64,000 bases of DNA from an uncultured bacterium (GTDB lineage: Bacteria > Actinomycetota > Acidimicrobiia > Spongiisociales > ZC4RG35): assembly GCA_963745865.1 (NCBI GenBank), contig CAVUYZ010000002.1, forward strand, positions 101,514 to 165,513, given 5' to 3'. Shown in pieces: positions 1-10,251 of this stretch. Within the stretch, counting starts at the first letter, position 1. Every line of letters starts with the position of its first letter. Below the pieces are notes generated by a model. The model was not told the DNA's origin and made no database searches. It worked only from the letters and a program-made list of their open reading frames with translations. The translations under genes and the position numbers were made by a program.

Positions 1-918
1 CCGGTATCGGCGCCAATTACCTCGACGTCTGCGGCCGAGCCGCAGAGATGGTGCCCGACGCCGCCCAGGCGGCCGATGGGCTCCGAGACGTCCTCGACGG
101 GCGGCTCGACAGCTTCAGCTTCGAGTACCCGTGCCATGGTCCGAGAGAGGAGCGGTTCTACCGGATGCAGGTCGCCCCGATCCACAACACCGGCGCCGTC
201 GTCAGCCACATCGACGTCACCGCCGACGAACTGGCCAAGCGGCGTTGGAGGAGGTCGTCGTCGAGAAGGACAGTTCCTCGCCGCGGTCTCCCACGAGCTT
301 CGGACACCCTTGACAGCCGTCGTCGGTTTCGCCGAGTGTCTCCGATCCGGAGAGCTCGACGCAGAGGACCTCCCGGTGTTCCACGACCTGGTGGCCGACC
401 AGGCGCGAGAGGTGGCCGACCTCGTGGAAGACCTCCTCGTGGTCGGGCGCCTCGACATAGCGACGCTCGCCATCCACCCCGAGTCGTTGTTGGCGGACGC
501 AGTGGCCGACCTGGTGGTCCGACCGTGGAACTCCTCGACTGAGATCAGCGTGCAGGTCGACGGATCCGACCGAGTCTCTCCCGTCTTTGCAGATCCGTTG
601 CGGCTTCGTCAGATCCTTCGAAATCTCATCTCGAACGCCGTGCGCCACGGAGAGCCTCCGATCGACGTCGAGATCTCGACGGTTGGCCACGACACGATCT
701 TCGCCATCTCGGACTTCGGTGACGGGGTTCGTGAGGAGGTTCGGGAGAGCCTGTTTCATCCATACTCGCGGGCCGCTCACTCCGATGGCCAACCGGGCTC
801 GGTGGGACTCGGGCTCTTCGTGTCGAAACGCCTCGCGGAGCTGATGGGGGGCACGATCGAATACCGTCGTGCCCACGGGCGGACCAGCTTCACCGTGACG
901 CTGCCGGCAGGCCCCTGA
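1..918 (+). CDS. Sensor histidine kinase, 5'-partial (PAS C-terminal part, HisKA, HATPase_c). Three frames are used, with two 1-nt indels near 255 and 283.
   Basis: Frame 0 reads FEYPCHGPREERFYRMQVAPI, which is PAS-like. Frame 2 reads LEEVVVEKD. Frame 1 reads QFLAAVSHELRTPL (the H-box) and then GLGLFVSKRLAELMGGTIEY (the G2 box), ending at 918. Confidence 0.8.
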   Translation, partial: PVSAPITSTSAAEPQRWCPTPPRRPMGSETSSTGGSTASASSTRAMVRERSGSTGCRSPRSTTPAPSSATSTSPPTNWPSGVGGGRRREGQFLAAVSHELRTPLTAVVGFAECLRSGELDAEDLPVFHDLVADQAREVADLVEDLLVVGRLDIATLAIHPESLLADAVADLVVRPWNSSTEISVQVDGSDRVSPVFADPLRLRQILRNLISNAVRHGEPPIDVEISTVGHDTIFAISDFGDGVREEVRESLFHPYSRAAHSDGQPGSVGLGLFVSKRLAELMGGTIEYRRAHGRTSFTVTLPAGP

Positions 919-924
919 TCCCGG

Positions 925-1873
925 TCAGGGTGCCCAACCATCGACGGACATGCCGACCAGTGTCCAGCTCGAACCTGTCCAATCAAAGAACACGTACCAC
1001 GTGAGCCAGTCGAGTCCGGTGACGTTCGGATCGTCACCGGGATCGTGGAAGGCGACATAGTCGAAGTTCTGGAATTGCGCGGGGATGAACGGTGGAGCCG
1101 ACTCCGGACCCTGCAGCGGCTGGTTCACGGCTGTCTGGAGATCCGGTCGCCGACCACACCCGCAAGACTCGCAGCGATCTCGTTGGTGAACGTGTCGGAC
1201 GCCACCGGTTGGCCGGGGCCGGCGGCCTCGCCGCCCCAGTCGTAGACGGTCTGGTCAAGGAAGGGGTTCTGGCTCGGCGGCCACGATTTCATCGGGTCGA
1301 AGTGGATCACATGAAACCCCTTCGGACTCACGATCGAGGGCCACGCAGGACCGGAGCCGGTTTGCGCCCAGTTCGAAAGTGCGCCACTCGGGGCGTTGGA
1401 TGCGAACGATGCGTCATCGATCTCCTCGGTGATGAATCGGTCGTTCACCCAGCCCGTCTGGCCATCGAACTCGACCTCGAGCCAATGGTCGCCGGTGTCG
1501 AGGGTCTCCGTCATCCCAGTGGCGACAATGCCCCTCTCGGTCGGATCGAGTGTGAAGAGGATCTCGCCGAGCGGTTCGTCGCGAACGTTCAGCACGTCGT
1601 CGGGAGCGACCAGGACGACCGCCCAGGTGGTGGCGGCCACAGGGTCCGTGGTGGTCGGCGGAGCTGTGGTCGTCGCAGCCAAAGTCGTCGTTGGCGCGTC
1701 CGATGTGGTTGTGGTGGCGGCTGGCGTCGTCGTGGTCGTTCGATGCTCGTCGTCGTCGGAGCGGTTGTAACGGTCGAGCCGGAATCGCTGCATCCCGTCG
1801 CCACAACCGAGAGAACGACACCGATCACGATGGTGGTTCGCTTGATGGAGGTGCTGTTCGCGCTCGTCGTCAC
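925..1873 (-). CDS. Secreted lipoprotein with a Thr/Pro-rich linker and an SH3b-like domain. The reading frame switches inside the ACG/ACC repeat. The 925-1128 ORF may be a coupled second cistron (GTGA overlap).
   Basis: A GTG start at 1873 gives MTTSANSTSIKRTTIVIGVVLSVVATGC, a signal peptide with a lipobox. It is followed by a TTTTTPAATTTT linker, then LNVRDEP...HWLEVEFDGQTGWVNDRF, which is bacterial SH3-like. Confidence 0.55.
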
Positions 1874-2701
1874 CGTACTTCGGTGTCTCCATCGGACCCA
1901 TGTCTGTCTCGGCGCACCTGAAGGGTGCGGAGCAATCCGAGGGCACCGGCCGCGACCAGTATCGAGACCCAGCCATTGCGGCTGATTCCGAGGAGACGGA
2001 AGGTCGTGTCCGTGCGGATCAGTTCCAGCGTGAATCTGCCGACGGCGTACAGGATCGCATAGACCATGAACAGGCCGCCCGTGGGAAGCCGGCCCCGTCG
2101 CTCGAGCCACAGCAGCAGAGGGATGACCAAGACGAGGTTCCACAGGGATTCGTACAGGAAGGTCGGGTGGAACGTTGTCGCGTCGGCATACGCCTCGGGC
2201 CGGAAACGGGGAGCGATCTCGACCGCCCATGGCAGATCACTCGGTGTGCCGAACAGCTCCTGGTTGAAGTAGTTGCCCCATCGACCGATCGCTTGAGCGA
2301 GCGGGATCGCCACGGCGGCGGCATCCATCAGGCGCCACGGATCGCCGCCCATTCGCCGGATCATCAGGACTGCCGTCACGGTGCCGACGGTCAGGCCACC
2401 GAAGGCGCCAGCCCGCCCTCCCAGATGGCGATGATCTTCCACAATTCGCCCTCGAACCGACCGAGGTGGGTCGACACATACGCGATCCTCGCTCCGATGA
2501 ACCCAAGGATGACTGCCCATACCAAGATCCGTTCGAGCGCTTGTCGCTCGTCGTCGGTATCGGCGTATCGGTTGACGGTGAGGGTCATGCTGAGAATCAC
2601 GCCGAGGCCGATCAGCAGTCCGTAGACATGGATCTCGAAGGGGCCGAGCGGGATGCTGCTCCAGGGAGGAGAGGGGATCGAGGCGAGCGCGGTCATCATC
2701 A
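1870..2701 (-). CDS. lgt: Prolipoprotein diacylglyceryl transferase, with one frameshift at about 2395.
   Basis: N-terminal IPSPPWSSIPLGPFEIHVYGLLIGLGV. The C-terminal part contains the Lgt signature AQAIGRWGNYFNQELFG. The frames join at IWEGGLA|FGGLTV. Confidence 0.85.
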
Positions 2702-3707
2702 GCACGGTATCGCACTGGCGAGGATGAAGGGTCCGACGAAAGTCCTGATCAGTGGCCGAAGAGCGCCGGTTGATCGCAGGTGGGGGAGGCCTCCAGCTCG
2801 TCTGGCTGTCGATCCGATCGTGTCGGCCGATGTGCACCGGCTGGAGTCGCTCCGGTTGCGGTACAACTCCCGGTAGTCGGCGGTCAGTTCGGGGCGATGG
2901 GTGCGGAGCCACTCCATCCAGTGGGACTTCATCGGAGGCGAGAGATGCAGCAGCATCGGGGTGGCGAATCTGGCGCCGGCATCCTCGGCGGCCGCCATCA
3001 CCTCGGCCACCTGATCCTCGCCGTCGCTGATGTGTGGGAGCAGGGGAGCGATCAGCACGCCGCTCGGCACTCCGGCCTCGTTGAGCCGCTTCACCGCTGC
3101 CATCCGCTGCCGGGGATGGGGTGTGCCGGGTTCGGTTTCCCTCCAGACACCCTCGTCGAGGGTGGCGATCGAGAAGTCGACGGACACATCGGTGCGCTCA
3201 GCAGCCTCGATGAAAAGATCGAGATCACGGATCGCCAGGGTGGACTTCGTCAGGATCGAGAAAGGATTCCTCCGTTCGGCCAGCACCTCGACGATGCCTC
3301 GTGTGAGCCGGTACTTCCCTTCGGCTCGTTGGTAGGGGTCGGTGTTGGTCCCCATGGCGATGCGGTCGCCTGCCCATCACGGCCATCTCGGCGCGAGTCA
3401 GCGCCACCGCGTTGGTCTTGACCACGATCTGACGATCGAAGTCGGATCCGATGTCGAAGCCGAGATACTCGTGGGTGGGGCGGGCGAAGCAATAGGTGCA
3501 GGCGTGGCTGCACCCGCGGTAGGGGTTGATCGTGTAGCGGAACGGGACCTGCGACGAGTCAGGAACCCGGTTGATGACAGTCTTGGATTCCACCTCGTGG
3601 AAGGTGAGGGATCGGTACTCGCCGGTTCCGATCACGCGTCGTGCGGGCTGGAAGAGGCGGGGAGCGCTCGGCCCGAGTGAGGACCACCGGAAGGATTGCT
3701 GCGTCAT
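2699..3707 (-). CDS. Radical SAM protein of the spore-photoproduct-lyase-like family (COG1533 DNA repair photolyase). Frameshift at about 3355, and possibly another near 2870.
   Basis: RYTINPYRGCSHACTYCFARPTHEY is the CxxxCxxC cluster. It is followed by VKTNAVALTRAEMA and then GTNTDPYQRAEGKYRLTRGIVEVLAERRNPFSILTKS in another frame. Confidence 0.75.
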
Positions 3708-3738
3708 GATCGACCGAGTATATCGAACATATGTTCGA

Positions 3739-4284
3739 TCAGGTCAGGATGATGGACGACTCGGCGTCGAGGGCGGGAATCGGCACGTATGTCCGGGCCG
3801 AGGCCACCACCGAGTCGGTCGCCGGGAGGCCGCGCCCGTATGGCAACCTGCTGATCGCCGAGACGATCGCCGGTTCGCTCGGTTCGACCAGAACGATGCG
3901 TCTCGGCGCGAGCGCCGGCAAATGGTCGAGATACCAATGAGCCCGGGTCCCTGAGATCTGAGGGTCGACGAAATAGAAGTCCGGAATCGGGGCATCGCTC
4001 ATGAGTCCGATCGCGAGTTCGAGATCTGACTGCTCGCCGTCGAGCCGTCGCGCCCATTCCCGTACCACTGGAGCCAGAGGATCGCGGGTCATGACCGTGT
4101 AGATGGTCGATCGTCGGAGTGCGGCACTCCATGCCGTCTGAAGCTGGGCGGCCCAGTCCGGCAGTGATTCGATCGGTTCGGGGACCAATTCCCTGGCGAC
4201 GTTGCCGGCTGCATCCGCCACCCGCTCACTCGGCTCCTCGAACCGAGATCCGATGGTCGCAATCAGTGTCGTCACGCGTTGCAT
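3739..4284 (-). CDS. Hypothetical protein
   Basis: Uninterrupted 181-aa ORF, divergent from the ACAD gene. No domain recognised. Confidence 0.4.
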   Translation of the reverse strand: MQRVTTLIATIGSRFEEPSERVADAAGNVARELVPEPIESLPDWAAQLQTAWSAALRRSTIYTVMTRDPLAPVVREWARRLDGEQSDLELAIGLMSDAPIPDFYFVDPQISGTRAHWYLDHLPALAPRRIVLVEPSEPAIVSAISRLPYGRGLPATDSVVASARTYVPIPALDAESSIILT

Positions 4285-4320
4285 CAGCGGTACGGTAGAA
4301 CCTGACCCAGGGAAGGTGAC

Positions 4321-5470
4321 ATGACCGCGACCATCTACGAGACCGAGGATCTCGCAGCGATCCGATCACAGACGCGGCGCTTCGTCGAGGAGAAGGTTCG
4401 CGGCAAAGGGCGACGAGTGGGAGGAGCGTGGCGAGGTACCCCGTTCGATCCTCCGATGAGATGGGGTCGATCGGATTCTTCGGACTCAGGGTCCCCGAGG
4501 AGTACGGGGGGATCGGCATGGGCGAACTGGCGTCGGTCGTCCTCGCCGAGGAGTTGGCGGGCGGCACCTACGGCGGATTCACGGCGACAGCGATCGTTCA
4601 CACGGACCTCGCCATGCCGTATCTGCTCAATTTCGGCAGCGACGAACAGAAGCGGCGCTGGCTTCCCGGACATGCTGACGGGGAAGATCATTCACTGCGA
4701 TCGGCGTGACCGAGCCGGATGCAGGCTCCGACGTCGGTGCGATCCGAACCTCGGCTGTGCGTGACGGAGACGGTTGGCGTCTCAACGGATCGAAGCTGTA
4801 CATCACCAACGGTGGGGTCGCCGACCTGCTGTTCATCGCTGCGAAGACCAATTCGGAGGTCAAGTCCTCGCGAGGGATCACGATCTTTGCCGTCCCGTCT
4901 GACACCGAGGGGTTCGAAGCGAGCAGGAAGCTCGACAAGATGGGATGGCGCTCCTCCAACACCGCAGAACTGAGCTTCGAGGATGCGTGGGTGCCCGACG
5001 AGAACGTCATCGGCGACGTGGACAGGGGCTTTTACTCGATCATGAACAACTTCCAGAACGAGCGGTTGGTCCTCGGCGCGATGGCCGTTGGCGAGGCCAG
5101 CACGGCGATCGAGATCACGCTGGATTGGGTCAGGAACCGTATGGCGTTCGGAGCGCCACTGTGGGACAAGCAAGCCATACGCCAGCGTCTGGCGATGGAT
5201 GCTGCGGAAGTCGAAGCGGCTCGTCAGCTCGTGTACCACGCCGGATGGTTGATGGAGCAGGGCCACGATGCCGTCAAGGAGGTCTCGATGGTGAAGTCAT
5301 GCTTCGGCGAGCTCGTGAACCGTGTGCTCTACGACTGCGTGCAGTTCCACGGCGGGATGGGCTATCTCCGTGAGAGCGCTGTCGAGCGGATGTATCGCGA
5401 CGCTCGGCTCCACTCGATCGGTGGTGGAGCAACCGAGGTCATGCTCGAGGAAATCGCCAAGAGGATGTGA
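4321..5470 (+). CDS. Acyl-CoA dehydrogenase, with four 1-nt indels at about 4395, 4470, 4675 and 4700.
   Basis: The pieces MTATIYETEDLAAIRSQTRRFVEEKV, AAKGDEWEERGEVPRSIL, DEMGSIGFFGLRVPEEYGG, MLTGKII and GVTEPDAGSDVGAIRT...YITNGGVAD...QFHGGMGY are spread over three frames. There is an SD GGAAGGTG before the ATG. Confidence 0.85.
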
Positions 5471-5477
5471 AGACAGG

Positions 5478-5867
5478 TCAACTCTCGATCGTGCCGGCCG
5501 CCCTGAGCGACGCCTCGAACTGTTCTCGCTCTTCGAGTCTGTGGTAGCGGAGCTCGGTCGCCATCCAGATCGACTTCGACCATGGGTAGAACAGCACGGG
5601 AACGAGGAGGGCCACGGCGATGGTCGCGACGAAGAGGGCATCCCAGGCAACGTCCGGCCATGTCAATGAGATACCGAGGCCGATGGTGCCGAGGACCACG
5701 ATCAGCGTCGCCGCCATATTGATGATCATGGCTCCGACCCAGTATCCGGGCTCGCGCTCGAACATGAAGCCGCACGTCGGACAGTGATCCTTGAGCGCCG
5801 CCCATCCTCGGAAGATGTGGCGGCCACCACGGCGCGGACAGCGCCGAACGATGGCCCGGCCGAGCAT
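5478..5867 (-). CDS. DUF983 family membrane protein
   Basis: CPTCGFMFEREPGYWVGAMIINMAATLIVV; intact. Confidence 0.65.
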   Translation of the reverse strand: MLGRAIVRRCPRRGGRHIFRGWAALKDHCPTCGFMFEREPGYWVGAMIINMAATLIVVLGTIGLGISLTWPDVAWDALFVATIAVALLVPVLFYPWSKSIWMATELRYHRLEEREQFEASLRAAGTIES

Positions 5868-5928
5868 CGAACAGGGAGGCCGATGGATCTCTCATTGGCG
5901 GAAGCGTATCGGGATCTGCGGCTTGGAC

Positions 5929-6594
5929 AATCCGTTCGGTACGGTTCCAAGCGTGAGCGAACCATGGATCAGTGCGCTGCGGCATGAGTACGAGTCGGAG
6001 TCGTTCGGGATGGGCGATGCCGATCCCGATCCGTTCGTCCAATTCGATCGCTGGTTCACCGAAGCGATGAGCGCGGCCGTGGACGAACCGAACGCCATGG
6101 TCCTCTCCACCGTGGGTGCCGACGGTGGACCCGATTCGAGAGCGGTGTTGCTGAAGTCTTTCGACGAAGCGGGCTTCGTGTTCTTCTCGAACTACAGATC
6201 GAAGAAGGCAGTCGACATGGCGACCACTCCGTCTGTGGCGTTGCTGTTTGTGTGGCTTTCGCTGCATCGCCAAGTGCGCGTGCAGGGAACGGTCACGATG
6301 ATCTCCAAGAGCCAGTCCGATGACTATTTCTCGACCCGCCCGCTCGGCGCCAGAATCGGCGCAGTCGCATCCCCACAGAGTCGGGAGATCCCCGGACGCG
6401 AGTGGCTGCAGAGTCGATACGACGAGGTGAGCGCCGGAGCCTCCGACCAACTGGCTCGGCCGGACGACTGGGGCGGATATCTGGTGGCGCCCAGGGCCTT
6501 CGAATTCTGGCAGGGCCGCGAGAACCGGCTTCACGATCGCATCCGGTACGCCCGAATCGACGCAGCGTGGAGTCGCGTCCGGCTGGCCCCCTGA
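5929..6594 (+). CDS. pdxH: Pyridoxamine 5'-phosphate oxidase. The start is uncertain: GTG near 5929 or ATG near 5943 with a frameshift.
   Basis: ALRHEYESE...DADPDPFVQFDRWF, RAVLLKSFDEAGFVFFSNYRSKKA, LLFVWLSLHRQVRVQG and FEFWQGRENRLHDRIRY. Confidence 0.8.
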   Translation, partial: NPFGTVPSVSEPWISALRHEYESESFGMGDADPDPFVQFDRWFTEAMSAAVDEPNAMVLSTVGADGGPDSRAVLLKSFDEAGFVFFSNYRSKKAVDMATTPSVALLFVWLSLHRQVRVQGTVTMISKSQSDDYFSTRPLGARIGAVASPQSREIPGREWLQSRYDEVSAGASDQLARPDDWGGYLVAPRAFEFWQGRENRLHDRIRYARIDAAWSRVRLAP

Positions 6595-6613
6595 GCCCAT
6601 AGACTCGATCGCC

Positions 6614-7360
6614 GTGCGTGTCACCGTTCTCGGATCCAGCGGGACCTATCCGAGCCCCGCGAATCCGGCCTCCTCGTTCTTGATCTCCACCGATACCACC
6701 GCCATCTGGTGTGATGCAGGACCCGGGAGCTTTCAGGCACTCGCCAGGGTGATGGATCCTTCCGGGATTGCCGGGGTTGTCTTGTCGCATCGCCATTCCG
6801 ATCATTGCATTGATCTGCTGGCGGCCTACCACACGTTGGCGTATCGACCCGGGCAGGTCGAGAGACTTCCGGTGCTCGCCGATCAGAGTGTCGTCGATCG
6901 CCTGCTCGCGTTTCTGGACGCCGGCGACGACCACACCATTCACTCGGTCTTTCGATTCGACCCACCCGAGGACGGGGTCGTCATCCACCTGGGGAACGTG
7001 TCGATACTTCCGGTCGCCATGAGCCACTCGGCGCCAACCTTCGGGTCTGTGTTCGACGCCGACGGGAAGCGGGTCTTCTACACGGCAGACACAGGGCGCG
7101 GTCCGTGGGAGGAGCGCATCAGCGACGTCGATCTGTTGATCTGCGAGGCGACATTTCAAACGAGCGATGCCGCGCGGAATCCGGGTGGTCATCTGACCGC
7201 TCGGGAAGCCGGCGAAATTGCCACACGGGTGGGAGCGGCAAGACTGCTCCTCACGCATGTCCCTCCCCATCTCGATCCGGCGGTGTCGGTACTCGAGGCG
7301 GAAGACACATTCGGAGGCCCCGTCATGATGGCGGAGCCCGGAGCGACCCACGAGGTTTGA
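6614..7360 (+). CDS. MBL-fold metallo-hydrolase (RNase Z/BN-like), a conserved neighbour of rph in actinobacteria.
   Basis: HRHSDHCIDL motif; intact 248 aa. Confidence 0.8.
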   Translation: MRVTVLGSSGTYPSPANPASSFLISTDTTAIWCDAGPGSFQALARVMDPSGIAGVVLSHRHSDHCIDLLAAYHTLAYRPGQVERLPVLADQSVVDRLLAFLDAGDDHTIHSVFRFDPPEDGVVIHLGNVSILPVAMSHSAPTFGSVFDADGKRVFYTADTGRGPWEERISDVDLLICEATFQTSDAARNPGGHLTAREAGEIATRVGAARLLLTHVPPHLDPAVSVLEAEDTFGGPVMMAEPGATHEV

Positions 7361-7363
7361 ACG

Positions 7364-8068
7364 ATGACGCGAACCAGAGAACACGACGAATTGCGGCCGG
7401 TCAGATTGCATCTCGGATTCACCGAAGCAACCCCCGGCTCGGTGCTGATCGAGATGGGGAAGACCCGAGTGCTGTGCACCGCTTCGCTCGAGAGTGACGT
7501 GCCCCGATGGATGCGAGGATCTGGCAAGGGATGGGTCACCGCCGAGTACGGCATGCTGCCGGGCTCGAGCGACAGCAGGATCCGTCGCGACTCCTACACC
7601 AAGGGTCGCCAGCAGGAGATCTCGAGGCTCATCGGTCGGGCGCTTCGGGCGGTTGTCGACATGAAGGCGATGGGCGAAGGAATGGTGAGGGTCGACTGTG
7701 ACGTCATCGAGGCCGACGGTGGGACCCGGACAGCCGCCGTCACGGGAGCATGGATCGCTCTGCATCAAGCGTTCGATTGGGCGGTGGCCGAAGGCAAGAT
7801 GGCCCGGAATCCGATCATCGATCAGGTGGCTGCCATCTCGGTCGGCATCGTTGATGGCGAGACCCTGCTCGACCTCGAGTACGTCGATGACGTGAATGCC
7901 GACGTCGACATGAACGTCGTTATGTCGGGACGTGAGCTTCTCATCGAAGTCCAGGGCACCGCAGAGGGAGCCCCCTTCAGCCGTGAAGATCTCGACGGGA
8001 TGCTCGATCTCGCTGCGGGAGGCATCGCCGAGTTGGTCGAGGCACAGAAGGCTGCGACCCCGCCGTGA
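7364..8068 (+). CDS. rph: Ribonuclease PH
   Basis: LCTASLE...AEYGMLPGSSDSRIRRD...VDCDVIEADGGTRTAAVTGAW. Confidence 0.9.
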   Translation: MTRTREHDELRPVRLHLGFTEATPGSVLIEMGKTRVLCTASLESDVPRWMRGSGKGWVTAEYGMLPGSSDSRIRRDSYTKGRQQEISRLIGRALRAVVDMKAMGEGMVRVDCDVIEADGGTRTAAVTGAWIALHQAFDWAVAEGKMARNPIIDQVAAISVGIVDGETLLDLEYVDDVNADVDMNVVMSGRELLIEVQGTAEGAPFSREDLDGMLDLAAGGIAELVEAQKAATPP

Positions 8069-8643
8069 TCCCACGCCTCGTCGTCGCTTCGAAGAACCCC
8101 GACAAGATCGCCGAGGTCGAGGACGTCTTGACTGCGCTCGACCTGGTCGGGGAGATCGTTCGGGGTCTCGAGTGGCCCGACGTCGAGGAGACCGAATCGA
8201 CGTTGGTCGGCAATGCGCTGCTCAAGGCGCGGGCGGTCGCGGAGGCCACCGGTCTGGCGGCGCTGGCGGACGACACCGGACTCGAGGTCGACGCGCTCGA
8301 CGGGGCCCCAGGAGTGTTCACGGCGCGATTCGCTGGTCCCGACGCAACGTATGACGACAACGTCGAGAAGCTGTTGGGCGACCTGGAGGGTCGTGCCGAC
8401 CGGACCGCCAGGTTCAAGACGGCGGTGGCGCTGGTCGGCGCAGACGGCTCGATCGTCACGGCAGAAGGAACCGTGGAAGGAACGATCAGCGAGTCGCGGC
8501 GGGGGAGCCGCGGGTTCGGGTACGACCCGGTCTTCGAGGTCGGAGGCCGCACGTTCGCCGAGATGAGTGCGGCAGACAAGCACGAGATCTCACATCGGGC
8601 GCGAGCCCTCACTGCGCTCGCCATGCGCTTGCGCAACAGCTGA
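8065..8643 (+). CDS. rdgB: Non-canonical purine NTP pyrophosphatase (RdgB/HAM1)
   Basis: VVASKNPDKIAEV...FGYDPVFE. It overlaps the rph stop by 4 nt. Confidence 0.9.
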   Translation: MIPRLVVASKNPDKIAEVEDVLTALDLVGEIVRGLEWPDVEETESTLVGNALLKARAVAEATGLAALADDTGLEVDALDGAPGVFTARFAGPDATYDDNVEKLLGDLEGRADRTARFKTAVALVGADGSIVTAEGTVEGTISESRRGSRGFGYDPVFEVGGRTFAEMSAADKHEISHRARALTALAMRLRNS

Positions 8644-8676
8644 ATCGCCGTTCGTCTGGCACAATGCCGGGGTCAC

Positions 8677-8760
8677 GCGGGTGTGGCGGAATTGGAAGAC
8701 GCGCCAGGTTTAGGTCCTGGTGGGCGAAAGCCCGTGGGGGTTCGAGTCCCTCCATCCGCA
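8677..8760 (+). tRNA. tRNA-Leu(TAG), class II with a long variable arm
   Basis: Acceptor GCGGGTG/CATCCGC, anticodon loop TTTAGGT, T-arm GGGGGTTCGAGTCCCTC. Confidence 0.85.
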
Positions 8761-8766
8761 CAATGC

Positions 8767-8799
8767 AAACCCCCTGGTCAGAGGCTTGGGGGTTTGTTT
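8767..8799 (+). terminator. Hairpin terminator downstream of tRNA-Leu
   Basis: AAACCCCC-loop-GGGGGTTT followed by GTTTCTGTC. Confidence 0.5.
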
Positions 8800-9191
8800 C
8801 TGTCTCGGAATGGTTGGAAGGTCTGAGGCTAATGGGTACCGCCGGTCTCGAAAGGGTGTTCGATGGTGCCCTAACCGGAGAGGGGGGAGGGGGGTATACC
8901 TCCCTGGATGTCCCGATATTTTGTTTAGTTATCGGACAGGATGACTGCTTCGAGGCGCTTCCGCGCCGGCCACTAGACATCGAGAACATCGACTCCGAAG
9001 TGTTGGAGGAGCTCCGCAGGTGGGGGATGGTGATGCCGAAGTCGCTTGAGTTGACCGGGATGGGCGCGCGGTATGCGGGTGGATCAAGAGGCGGCGTGTT
9101 GGAGTGAGTTCGCTTTTTATGGAGGAAGGGCCAGACCCCGTTGTGATCTCTGGGATCTGGCCTCTTCATCGTGATTGTGTTGTGAGTGCTT

Positions 9192-9716
9192 CTAGGGGTT
9201 GTTGAATCGGGCGTTCGGGTTCCCCTGCTTGAAGCGGGCGTTGTCGTTTGCTCGCTCCCCAGCGGGGCCAGACTTCGCGTTCAGGAGACCCTTTGCGCCT
9301 GGCAACGGCTCGACATCCACGTAGGTCCAATCGAACCGTTCATCGGCCTCTGCACCGAAGACCATGCGAATCTCGACATACTCGACCGCGCTGATCGTAA
9401 GCGTCTTGGTCTCGTTAATCACACATACGTAGCCCCAGAGCCCGTCCTCGATGGCCGGGTTGAAGTTGCCAGTGGAATAGTCCGGGTCCTCGCCGTCGCT
9501 GCGGTGCTCGAAACACGAGTAGAAGTTCCGAGTGCTGACGAACTCGACGTCAACCTCACCGACACGCGCGTCGAGGACGTTGAAATGCGCCCAGCCCTTG
9601 TCTCGGTTCACATCGTTAGTGCTCGGCGTGACAGCATCGACAGCGCCGAAGGCCATGCTCATGGTGCTGAGTAGCAGCGTCATGGCCATCGCCATCACTA
9701 TGTATGTCCTTCGCAT
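9192..9716 (-). CDS. Hypothetical secreted protein (islet cargo)
   Basis: N-terminal signal peptide MRRTYIVMAMAMTLLLSTMSMAFGA. The surrounding DNA is lower in GC than the rest of the window. Confidence 0.45.
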   Translation of the reverse strand: MRRTYIVMAMAMTLLLSTMSMAFGAVDAVTPSTNDVNRDKGWAHFNVLDARVGEVDVEFVSTRNFYSCFEHRSDGEDPDYSTGNFNPAIEDGLWGYVCVINETKTLTISAVEYVEIRMVFGAEADERFDWTYVDVEPLPGAKGLLNAKSGPAGERANDNARFKQGNPNARFNNP

Positions 9717-9885
9717 ATTCGCTCGCTTCCCCTTGGTCCCCTGGAACGTCTTCGTCCCAGGCCACTCCGACGGAATCGCCAGACGTGGTCACTCATTGTT
9801 TCGGCAACCTCGGCTCGATCTTGAAGTTCTTGACGATTCGAGTGCCCAGCGTCACACCCGCCCGATACGTTCCCTTCAGGTGGAT

Positions 9886-10250
9886 CTACCCGACAGTCAC
9901 CGCCACCTGCTCGAGGCGCTCGCTCGCCGGCCACCAAGACAGCCTCGTACTGGATCTCCTCAATGCAGCGGTACAAGTCTGTTGGCTGCTCTCACTCTTG
10001 AGCGCCACAGGAGTTGGAGAAGTGTCGGGCCCACCAGCTCCCGGTTTTGCGGGTTCCCAGAGTGACGCCGCGACAAGGGCCAACCCAATCCACGCCCCGT
10101 ACATGGTCAAAAGGCAGGCGAGAGCGAGCAGCAAGTAGCGGGGATGCCCCCTGGCCCAGATCAGGGAACTGAGTCCGGCGAACACCAGACCGAGCAAGAA
10201 AAGGGCCGCGAGTGCGGCGAGGTCTGAGTCGAGCGACTCCAGCTGAACAC
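9886..10250 (-). CDS. Hypothetical membrane protein, in frame continuity with the truncated IS110 ORF
   Basis: Hydrophobic helices LGLVFAGLSSLIW and LLLALACLLTMYGAWIGLALVAASLW. Confidence 0.3.
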
Positions 10251-10251
10251 C

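Noticed and set aside
5362-6624. 420-aa minus-strand ORF
   Set aside because: It overlaps pdxH in antisense and also overlaps DUF983. There is no domain signal and it is a high-GC artefact.
6293-8074. 593-aa minus-strand ORF across the MBL-hydrolase and rph genes
   Set aside because: It is antisense to three well-supported plus-strand genes and is Arg/Gly-rich. It is a shadow ORF.
8664-9107. 147-aa plus-strand ORF overlapping tRNA-Leu
   Set aside because: It runs through the tRNA gene and its terminator. Only the distal part (about 8834-9107) could be coding. There is no recognisable domain, and it was left unannotated.
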